Positions 13,395-27,918 of a stretch of DNA of 64,000 nt are shown in pieces. The translations under genes were made by a program, and so were the position numbers. Below the pieces are notes generated by a model, which saw only the letters and a program-made list of their open reading frames with translations, had not been told where the DNA came from and made no database searches. The DNA is from Macrostomum lignano (taxonomy: Eukaryota), in the NCBI GenBank assembly GCA_002269645.1, contig NIVC01000459.1, forward strand, positions 248,001 through 312,000. Reading direction: 5' to 3'. The first letter of the stretch is position 1. Every line of letters begins with the position of its first letter.

Positions 13395-14510
13395 GGTGAC
13401 TGCCTCTGTGTCTTAGGTGGGCGCCTCGTGTCTTAGTTGAGTGCCCCTGTGTCTTAGGTGGGCGCCCCCGTGTCTTAGGTGAGTGCCCCTGTCTCTCAGG
13501 TGAGTGCCCCTGTCTCTTAGGTGAGTGCCCCTGTGTCTTAGGTGAGTGCCCCTGTCTCTCAGGTGAGTGCCCCTGTCTCTTAGGTGAGTGCCCCTGTCTC
13601 TTAGGTGAGTTCCTCTGTGTCTTAGGTGGGCGCCTCGTGTCTTAGGTGAGTGCCCCTGTCTCTCAGGTGAGTGCCCCTGTCTCTTAGGTGAGTGCCCCTG
13701 TGTCTTAGGTGAGTGCCCCTGTGTCTCAGGTGAGTGCCCCTGTGTCTTAGGTGAGTGCCCCTGTCTCTTAGGTGAGTGCCCCTGTGTCTTAGGTGAGTGC
13801 CCCTGTGTCTTAGGTGGGCGCCCCCGTGTCTCAGGTGAGTGCCCCTGTCTCTCAGGTGAGTGCCCCTGTCTCTTAGGTGAGTGCCCCTGTGTCTTAAGTG
13901 AGTGCCCCTGTGTCTTAGGTGGGCGCCCCCGTGTCTTAGGTGAGTGCCTCTGTCTCTTAGGTGAGTGCCCCTGTGTCTTAAGTGAGTGCCCCTGTGTCTT
14001 AGGTGGGCGCCCCCGTGTCTCAGGTGAGTGCCCCTGTCTCTTAGGTGAGTGCCCCTGTGTCTCAGGTGAGTGCCCCTGTCTCTTAGGTGAGTGCCCCTGT
14101 GTCTTAGGTGAGTGCCCCTGTGTCTTAGGTGAGTGCCCCTGTCTCTTCAGGTGAGTGCCCCTGTCTCTTCAGGTGAGTGCCCCTGTGTCTTAGGTGAGTA
14201 CCCCTGTGTCTCAGGTGAGTGCCCCTGTGTCTCAGGTGAGTGCCCCTGTGTCTTAGGTGAGTACCCCTGTGTCTCAGGTGAGTGCCCCTGTGTCTCAGGT
14301 GAGTGCCCCTGTGTCTTAGGTGAGTGCCCCTGTGTCTTAGGTGAGTGCCCCTGTGTCTTAGGTGAGTACCCCTGTGTCTCAGGTGAGTGCCCCTGTGTCT
14401 CAGGTGAGTGCCCCTGTGTACTAGGTGAGTGCCCCTGTGTCTTAGGTGAGTGCCCCTGTCTCCTAGGTGAGTGCCCCTGTGTACTAGGTGAGTGCCCCTG
14501 TGTCTTAGGT
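13395..14510 (+). repeat. 21-bp minisatellite GTGAGTGCCCCTGT(G/C)TCT(T/C)AG in a putative 5'UTR intron of the ZIP gene
   Basis: About 50 tandem units between donor CG|GTAAGC (13249) and acceptor TTTTGCAG| (14523). Confidence 0.95.
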
Positions 14511-14751
14511 CTCTATTTTGCAGGCTAGATCGTAGTGAGGCAAAGAGAAAAAGTTACCTTTTGCTTTGTAGAGCCCCGACCAATAGCAGCTGCTGTTGAC
14601 AGAAAAAGGAGAGAAAGAAGAGAGCTGCTCTGCGAGCCCTAGGGTTTCGCGAGTGAGTGGATAAATATGAGTGCCGAGTCCAAAAACAGTTAAATTTCTT
14701 GTCTGCAGGCTTAGCTTCTCTACAAATATTGAAAATATTTAAATATTAAAT

Positions 14752-18713
<3,962 letters not shown>

Positions 18714-19296
18714 ACGAATCATCATTTTTATTGAACTATTTCAGCACCAAAACCAAACCATCAAAAATCTCAACTTTGATAAAAAAACTTTTAACTTACA
18801 GCGTCATGTTCGTAACAAGTGATGACCATGTCTAAATCTCGTAGACTAGACTTAAATCTTAAAATGATAAATCATAACATTTATAACAGAATTTCTAAAA
18901 TATGTATAATTATAACTAACACATTTATATTTTTTTTTAACATAATACCCAATAATTTACCACATTTTTAAGACAAAAGTCTTTATTTTAAATGAACGTT
19001 ATAACAAATCTAAACAAAAAAATTCATTGGAACTTCATTGAACTGAACTTTCATCGCGCCAGAAATAACAAACACAACACGATGGGCGCCAAAAAAACCG
19101 TAATGTTAATTAATTATTATATTCTCAGTTTTAACGCACGAGTCTCTGTTTTATTCTTTTTTTATTGGCATTTATTTAATTGATGGAGTCTTTGTGACAA
19201 GCGCTATAGCGGGATTGTTAAGGAAGCGGGCGATACCAAGGAGTTGAAGTGATGGCTGCTCTATGACAGCTTAAACAGCATTGGAGCATTGGGCTG

Positions 19297-19448
<152 letters not shown>

Positions 19449-20070
19449 TGAGAAAACAGTATTCTTGGGCACCAGCTGCAACCACCAAGACCAAGGAAAA
19501 TAAATATGTATGAATATATCGCATTATAACAAAAGCGTGTGAAAAAGGACAGCAAAATAGGCGGCACATGCGGAACATCTGTTAGAATTGTGACACGCGC
19601 GAAGGCCAAGCGGGGATTTGACATTAGCTAGGTTATTAGAAAATAATATCTAGATATGCGGTACAATGCGCACTTGAACTCCTCACACCAACGAAGCAAA
19701 ACCAGAACTAAAAGTACAAGTCACGATCGGCTCATTAACAAAATTAATTAGCTGAGTTCACATTGAAAGACGGATGCTATGCTAAATTGAAATTAAAAAA
19801 TAACCATTTTATGACGAAATAATATTACGATAAAATTAAATTTCAAACGAAAATGAGAATCAGGTAATCTTTCTAGATGTTAGTTTTCATGTCCAGAGCT
19901 AATTAGGAATTCTTCTAAATAGAATCTTTCTATGGTGAAACCAGAGCTGCACGCCAGCTACAGGCTCCCCAACAGCCTCCAAGCTCATTTCTAAGAAAGT
20001 TGGGTAATGCCCATTCCGCTGACGCCTGAGCTGGCACAGCGTCGTCAGTTAGCCGACACACCCTGTGACG

Positions 20071-20142
20071 GGGGCCGTAGCCCAGCGGTAGCGCAGCTGC
20101 TCTGGTGTGCCAGCGACCCAGGCTCGATTCCAAGTGCAGTCA
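20071..20142 (+). other. Degenerate tRNA-like sequence or tRNA-derived SINE head
   Basis: A-box-like TAGCCCAGCGG (20078) and B-box-like GGCTCGATTCC (20121) at tRNA spacing. Acceptor, anticodon and T stems pair poorly, so it is not a functional tRNA. Confidence 0.4.
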
Positions 20143-20538
20143 CATTAATTTCGGGCTGAATTGGAATCTCGGCTTGGCTCTGCTCGTGCAATTAACGGCC
20201 TTGAGAGCCAACCCCCCAAGGCGCAGTGAAGTGTACATGCCTAATAAAGTTAGGGCCGCTGTACACTCCTGTGTGAGTGTGTGCCTGCGTACGTATCCGC
20301 GCGCTTGTATGCCTGCTCAGGGGAGTCGGCGGAATGGGCAGTAATGCCTCTCGCCGGTTGTGTGCCTATGTCGCTTAAAGTGCGCCAGGGTGCACACAGC
20401 CCCCTGCCTCTAAAAAAAACACCCCCTGTGCCGTGGGGTTCAGGGCCTGATTTCATGACAACCCCCGGCGCATTATCGGGGATTTCGGAAGTGCAAAGTC
20501 CTCCTATTTGAAGCAGTGAGTTGTCTGTAAGGCGGGCA

Positions 20539-23500
20539 TTAGAAGGGCTTGTATCCTTTGCGCTTTCCTCTGCTAGTTCGCAGGGCGATGCAGGCAAACA
20601 GAACCGCCAACGCTAGCAGCAGAACGAACAGCACAATCAGGCAGATGAACAGAGGCAGTGGCACCGCCCAGATCAGGCCTTCGGTGGGACTGCTGGCCGA
20701 CTGCAGGATCATGTAGCCCAGCGGCCAGGCCAACTTGTTGTCAGTTCGGGTCTGCGGGGATTTGAGAGACATATTGGGGATTCATAAGCCTTGCAAAAAT
20801 CATAACATTATTTATCGTTCAGGTGATTACCACAGCTTTGCCTTCTGTTCGGTACGTTGGGATCTGAAAAAATTGAATGCGATGGCAATGGATTTTGAGA
20901 GAAATTAATGTTTAAGGGTCTTCCTGTCCTCAACTCTCACCTCCAGAATTTCCTCAACTCTCACCTCCACAATGTCCTCAACTCTCACCTCCACAATGTC
21001 CTCAACTCTCACCTCCACAATGTCCTCAACTCTCACCTCCACAATGTCCTCAACTCTCACCTCCACAATGTCCTCAACTCTCACCTCCACAATGTCCTCA
21101 ACTCTCACCTCCACAATGTCCTCAACTCTCACCTCCACAGTGTCCCTCAACTCTCACCTCCACAATGTCCTCAACTCTCACCTCCACAATGTCCTCAACT
21201 CTCACCTCCACAATGTCCTCAACTCTCACCTCCACAATGTCCCTCAACTCTCACCTCCACAATGTCCTCAACTCTCACCTCCACAATGTCCTCAACTCTC
21301 ACCTCCACAATGTCCTCAACTCTCACCTCCACAATGTCCTCAACTCTCACCTCCACAATGTCCTCAACTCTCACCTCCACAATGTCCTCAACTCTCACCT
21401 CCACAATGTCCTCAACTCTCACCTCCACAATGTCCTCAACTCTCACCTCCACAATGTCCTCAACTCTCACCTCCACAATGTCCTCAACTCTCACCTCAAC
21501 AATGTCATCAACTCTCACCTCCACAATGTCCTCAACTCTCACCTCCACAATGTCCTCAACTCCCACCTCAACAATGTCATCAACTCTCACCTCCAGAATG
21601 TCCTCAACTCTCACCTCCACAATGTCCTCAACTCTCACCTCCACAATGTCCTCAACTCTCACCTCCACAATGTCCTCAACTCTCACCTCCACAATGTCCT
21701 CAACTCTCACCTCAACAATGTCATCAACTCTCACCTCCACAATGTCCTCAACTCTCACCTCCACAATGTCCTCAACTCCCACCTCAACAATGTCATCAAC
21801 TCTCACCTCCAGAATGTCCTCTACTCTTTTCTTCTACGTCTTCTACGATTCCAATTTCATCAACCCCAATGTCCTTAATCAGTCCTCACCTTATCAAGAA
21901 ACTCAATATTGCTCCAGTTGGAGTCGTTGAATCCCAGTCCCCGCAGGAGGCTCTCCACGAAGATGCCATCAAAGCAGAGCCACCTCAGCCTGGCCTCGGA
22001 CACGCTGCCCGATGGTCGATACGACCGGCTGCAGAAGCTGTCCACCAGGATGGACACCTCGGTGAGGTTGGCGCTGGGCCGGCTGGCCGCCCGACGGTTT
22101 GCCGTCAAATTGAAGAAATCGGCGACGTGATAGAAGCCGGAGAAGGCGACAAATTTACCGACTGGGTCGGGCTGGTAGACATTGTTGAAGGAGCAGCTGG
22201 TTTGGTTGCACAGCGAGTTGAAGAACCTGGCGGCCAGCAGGCGGCAGCGGGAGGCGTCGCCGCTGCCGGAGACGAGGAAGCGGGCATCCACCTTTGCGGC
22301 CGGCACGGTGAACAGGCCGTCCGAGCAGGGGGGGACGAACACCTCGCTGGCGCGTACCTGCGGTGTGGGTGTGTGGCATTGGTGTGGTATTGGTGTGGTA
22401 TTGGGGTGGTATGGTGTGGCATTGGGGTAGTATGGTGTGGTATTGGTGTGGTATTGCTGTGGCATTGGGGTGGTATTGGTGTGGCATTGGGGTGGTATTG
22501 GTGTGGTATTGGTGTGGTATTGGTGTGGTATTGGTGTGGTATTGGTGTGGCATTGGGGTAGTATGGTGTGGTATTGATGTGGTATGGTGTGGCATTGGGG
22601 TGGTATGGTGTGGCATTGGGGTGGTATGGTGTGGTATTGGTGTGGCATTGGGGTGGTATTGGTGTGGCATTTGGGTGGTATTGGCGTGGCATTGGAGTGG
22701 TATGGTGTGGTATTGGTGTGGTATGGTGTGGCATTGGGGTAGTATGGCGTGGTATTGGTGTGGCATTGGGGTGGTATTGGTGTGGTATGGTGTAGCATGG
22801 TGTGGTATTGGTGTGGTATTGATGTGGTATTGGTGCGGCATTGTGTGGTATTGGTGTGGTATTGGTGTGGCATGGTGTGGTATTGGTGTGGTATTGGTGT
22901 GGTATTGGTGTGGTATTGGTGTGGTATTGATGTGGTATGGTGTGGTATGGTGTGGTATTGGTGTGGCATTGTGTGGTATTGGTGTGGTATTGGTGTGGTA
23001 TGGTGTGGTATTGGTGTGGTATTGGTGTGGTATTGGTGTGGTATTGATGTGGTATTGATGTGGCATGGTGTGGCATGGTGTGGTATTGGTGTGGTATTGA
23101 TGTGGCATGGTGTGGTATTGGTGTGGCATGGTGTGGTATTAGTGTGGTATTGGTATTGCATGGTGTGGTATTGGTGAGGCATAGGTATAGGGATGGGTTA
23201 TGAGAATACCCTGGGGACCAGGGATGGCACGGGATACCGGAGCTCCTGTCGCACCTTGTCCGAGTAACCCAGCTGCCAGCAGGGAAAATCCACAGGTTTG
23301 CCATCGTCATATCCTGCGTCGGCGATGGCCCGGCCGATGGCTCGCCGCTGGGCCGCGCCGAGTCCGTAGCAGCCGAAGCTGTGCGCGTAGACCCGCCTGG
23401 TGCGGCCATAGACAGTCAGCGGTCGCGTGTCCGGCGAGTCGGGCGGCGAGTCCGGCGGCGATTCGAAGGCGACCTGGACGCTGCCGTCGCCAAGGTCGAG

Positions 23501-25017
23501 GCTCCCGAAGGTTGCTGGCAGATCCGGCGGCGGATTGGCGGTCGAACCGGCGTTCTGCGCCGCCTCCCGCGCAGGCAGGTCGCCGAATCCGCCTTTAAGG
23601 AAGTTGACGGCCAGCCAGCCGGCGCGCGCCTCCTCGTCACCTTCAAGGATGCGCACGCCGCCGACTTCAAAGTGGAAGCCGCCGCTGCCGCCCGGCCGCA
23701 GAATTTTTCGAGCATCCGAGAGAACGGCTTCAGCTTTAGAGGCGTTCACGGATCTGAGAGCAGGGGGGGGGGGCGTTTGGGTGGCGGTGGGTGGAACTGC
23801 TGAGAACTGAGATCGATTCGGTCACACAGTTGGCAGTCGGTCACACAGCTCAGCAATCGGTCACACAGCCCAGTAATCGGTCACACAGCTCAGCAATGGG
23901 TCACAAAGCCCAGAAATCAGTCACACAACTCAGCAGTCAGACACAGCTCAGCCATCGGTCAAACAGCTCATCAGCCTCACCTGTACATCCTCATCCCGGC
24001 AGTGGCGCCCAGATACAGTTTGGTTTGCTTCTCAAGTTTCTCTGGCACCGCCGGTCTCACGGCGCTGACGGCCTCTCGCATTTGACTCAGGCCTCCGGCC
24101 ACTTGTATAGGGAGCGCTGAAAGTAAGAAAATGAATATGATAAATCAAAATGATGATGAACAAGGCAAAGTCACTTCGGCTTGAGATCAAACACTTAAGG
24201 CTCGAGATCTCTTACAAGTGTGGGCGGTGGCCTTCTGGAGCACCACTCCGTTGCCGCGGTACTTGCTTGAGCGCCAAGCGTAGATGTAGGCCTTCGTGGA
24301 GTGCGCGCCCGCGTCCACGATGACCCCGAACTGTGGGAAGACAGCGCAAGAGTCAGATACGTTTATCGCTGGCATGCCCTGCCCCAAGATGACCCTCCCA
24401 AACAGACAGATAAATCCAGAGAGTCTTACAGTCACAGCCGGCCGACTCAAGGTGAGGTGCACAACAACCAGGACGATGAGTCCAATAGCTCCGATGGCGA
24501 GCGCCAGAGCTGCCAGAATCCACCAGGTGGACAGGGCCGGCGGCGGCACCTTCGGCAGGTCCGGTGGAGGTGGCGGTGGATCTGCGAGGTGGGGATAATG
24601 GGATTTGGGAAGTCACGGTAACAGTCTGGATGTCCAGTACAGCATGTCTGCAAGCTGGGGGACTGCATGGGATCTGCACCAACTGCAGCATGTCTGCAAG
24701 CTGAGGGACTGCATCTGATCAGCACCCGACATCGCCCCAAGCAAGTCACATGGACAGCGCGACTCACTCTTATTATAGGCAAAGATGGTCTCGCCATCAG
24801 TCAAGCCGGATTCGGCGATGGTCTTCGCCAAGTCCAGCTCAGGATTAGCGGCGTTCCTGCGCAATGCAAACGTTTCCTTGCGTTTAACCCGCTTCTCAGT
24901 GCAAAACTCGTCCAACAACCAGTCCAGTGTCCGGTCCGCCGTGGTCTGCACGTGCACCCGACCGAATATCTCGTCATTGTCGAGGTCGCACTTCACCGTG
25001 ATGGTTATAATACTCAT
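20539..25017 (-). CDS. GDA1/CD39-family NTPDase (apyrase) with two TM anchors and an N-terminal ubiquitin-like domain, about 610 aa
   Basis: Exons 25017-24768, 24581-24430, 24330-24216, 24116-23981, 23753-23255, 22357-21890 and 20751-20539, all GT-AG, phase-consistent, 1833 nt. ACR1 VDAGAHST, ACR2 LGATAGMR, ACR3 GDEEARAGW, ACR4 DLGDGSVQ, ACR5 AWPLGYM. TM helices near both ends, as in CD39. Confidence 0.92.
20927..21822. repeat. 24-bp minisatellite CTCAACTCTCACCTCCACAATGTC, in last NTPDase intron
   Basis: About 37 tandem copies. Confidence 0.95.
22365..23175. repeat. Degenerate GTGTGGTATTG minisatellite, in NTPDase intron
   Basis: Tandem 10-11-bp units filling intron 22358-23254. Confidence 0.93.
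23815..23975. repeat. Short degenerate 20-bp repeat GGTCACACAGCTCAGCAATC, in NTPDase intron
   Basis: About 7-8 diverged copies. Confidence 0.7.
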
Positions 25018-26084
25018 GATTGCCGAGCGATCTCAACTTTAACGATAGCGGGTTTCAATCCAAGCCAGACGGGGGGCCATGGATCGCACTCGGACAGGAG
25101 CAGCTACGAAACAAGTGCACGCTTCGTGGATCCACCCAAGCTGTAGGGCGACTGCAGTTAAAGGCTCAGAACGAGAGCAATATTCTTTCTCGCTGCAAAC
25201 TATGCCAGATGTTTCAAACCGAAGCTCTCGACTGGGCCCACCGCATGGCTGAGGCCTTGCTGCGCCGATATCTGGCAAAAATCCACACGATTCAGAGAGG
25301 AAAAAACGATTTTTGTATGATAGCCAGGCTCGCTTTGCACAGATAACAGCGCGCTCCGAGTTAGCGCAAAAGCAGTCAAGTTATATTAATCTACACTTGA
25401 CTTCCGTCTCTCTCTCTCTTCAGCCCTCCAGGCCACTGCAGTCAGGCAGGCAGTATTTTTCAATCGATAACATTGATTGATTTCTGCGCCAAAGCGAGAG
25501 AGAGAGAGAGAGAGAAGAGGAGAGCACCACAGAGCAGCCCGCGTCATTGTCTCTCTCTCCCCTAGCAATGCCGCCCACAAAATCCACTCTCTCATGTCCG
25601 TTCACGGTGGTTCGGTCTCGGGCAAAACTGCATGGCATAGTCAATAGCTCCGTAGCAATTATTAGTAATAATTGTCCATATGGAGCAATAGAAGGCCGCA
25701 CCCAAGAGATACGCTCTGCTGCTGCTTGTAGTTAATTAAAAAATTATTTAAGTCGCCGCTGAACTGCGAGCAGTGCATGGTTACAACTTACTAATGCAAG
25801 TAGTATAGTCCAAAACTGGAATTGTAAAAAACTCTTAAGTGTATATTTTCCTTAATTTGGATAAACAACAGTTGAGACTGTAGATTCATTTTAATATCGA
25901 GTTCGCACGTTTTAGTATTCAGAAGGCATGAATTCACCAATTGAAACAAAGACATTCAGTCTGGAGCCGCATATATTTGATTCAGCAGATGTGCCAGCAC
26001 TAGAGGCAAATAAAATGCAAAACAGTTCGCGTCTCTTGAGACTAAGCAGCTGATGTAACCGCAACCTCCAGCTGAATCTGCCTC

Positions 26085-26735
26085 AGCATCCTTCATCTGA
26101 GTCTGCATTCGCATCAGCATCCTTCATCTGAGTCTGCATTCTCATCAGCATCCTTCATCTGAGTCTGCCTCATCAGCATCCTTCATCTGAATCTGCATTC
26201 TCATCAGCATCCTTCATCTGAGTCTGCATTCTCATCAGCATCCTTCATCTGATTCTGCATTCTCATCAGCATCCTTCATCTGAGTCTGCATTCTCATCAG
26301 CATCCTTCATCTGAGTCTGCATTCTCATCAGCATCCTTCATCTGAGTCTGCATTCTCATCAGCATCCTTCATCTGAATCTATATCCTCATCAGTATCCTT
26401 AATCTGCATCAGCATCCTTCATCTAAATCCGCATCAGCATCCTTCATCTAAATCTTCATCCGCATCAGCATCCTTCATCTGAATCTACATTCCCTTCAAC
26501 ATCCTTGATCTAAATCTACATTCCCTTCAACATCCTTCATCTGAATCTACATCCGCATCAACATCCTTTATCTGAATCTACATCCTCATCAGCATCCTTT
26601 ATCTGAATCTACATACTCATCACTATCCTTCATCCGCATCAGCATCCTTTATCTAAATCTACGTCCACATCAACATCCTTCATATGAATCTACATCCGCA
26701 TCAACATCCTTCATCTGAATCTACATCCGCATCAT
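26085..26735. repeat. About 31-bp minisatellite GCATCCTTCATCTGAGTCTGCATTCTCATCA, downstream of the LicD-like stop
   Basis: Tandem copies, more degenerate towards the coding end. Confidence 0.9.
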
Positions 26736-27723
26736 CATTCTTCATCTGGATCGTCTTCATCAGCATCAGCGCTCCCATTAACATCCGCAGACTCCGCATC
26801 GGCCCCAGCAGAGTCGGCCCAGCGGGCAGCCGCGCCAGGAATCTGAGTTCTCAGCTCAGGCGGAATTTTAACGTACAGTCCAGTAGACGAGTCGTACATG
26901 GCGTCGCGCCCCAGGTAGCCGTACTCGACAGTCAGGTAGGCCAGCAGGTCCCTAGGCGCAAAAGTTGGTACAGACTCAAAGGTGCAGGGCACAGCTGGGA
27001 AGAGACAGTCCGCAGGGAATCGCTTGTCCATGCAGTCGTAGATGCCAGGTACGGACCAGTTGACGCGCAACGAGCCGTTTGGATCCAGCGGATGCGGCGA
27101 CACGGTGAACACGTCCAGGTGCACCAGGCAGGGATCGAAGGGAAACCGCTTAGGCCCGCAGTTGAGACCAACGGCTGCCCAACCGGCCTCGGTGAGGCTG
27201 AACTTCACCCGCTTGCATCCCCGACCAGCGTAGGGGATCTCAACAGTCGAACCGGACTCGAACCACGGCTTACCGCTCAGACTGCAGCTGGCATCGAATG
27301 CGATATGAGCAGCGCCCGGCTCGGCCGCCGTCAACCGGTTGCCAATAGCAACCAGACGGGCAAAGTCGACCTCGCGGACAACCAGATCGATATCGGAGTC
27401 GTGCGGAATCATCCGGCCGGACTCGCGTGCACAGCCAGGGCGCTGCCGCCGTACAGGGCGTACTCAACCCCGGCCGACTCTAGCTCGGACTTGACCCTGG
27501 CGAACAGCGCCAGACGAGCCGGCCGGAACAGGCGGGCTCGCCGGACAGACTTGGCATAGTTGGCCGGCCGACAGTCGCCCCACATGTTAAGGCTGATCGA
27601 GCTGGCGGTTCGGTGCTTCCGCTGCCCGCCGCTGGCGTCGTCATCGTCGAACCACAGCGGCAGCAGCTGGCACAGACTCGCTGTTGGTGACTCGCTCTGG
27701 AGCTCCTCCTCGCCTGCGCTCAT
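26735..27723 (-). CDS. Single-exon LicD/fukutin-like nucleotidyltransferase-fold protein, about 329 aa after repairing a 1-nt frameshift at ~27427
   Basis: ORFs 27723-27409 and 27412-26735 join on adding one C (CAC-[C]GC-GAG) to give GVEYALYGGSALAVHRESGRMIPHDSDIDL, matching the LicD motif YxLxxGTLLGAVRxxxxIPWDxDIDI. Later VHLDVF and YLTVEYG segments are also LicD-like. Confidence 0.75.
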
Positions 27724-27918
27724 CTCTCTCTGTCTCTCTCACGCTGTGTCTACTCGAAAGTAGGCTGGATCGGGTTTTAAATTATAATATAATTAAATAG
27801 ATAACTAGTTGCGCCAACTGCAAACAATCATTTCTGACTGACATGTAGAATGGATTTTCTATAGGAAATTTCATAGTGTAGGGAGATTTCCGACTGAACC
27901 TCGCGTCGCTTAAACTGG

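Noticed and set aside
20908-23182. ORFs of 195-529 aa such as (STLTSTMS)n and (HTNTTP)n
   Set aside because: Intronic minisatellite read-through; only the NTPDase exon 22357-21890 inside them is real.
26684-27559. 291-aa plus-strand ORF antisense to the LicD-like gene, and similar antisense ORFs over irx, ZIP and NTPDase exons
   Set aside because: Expected shadow ORFs of GC3-rich coding sequence; no motifs.
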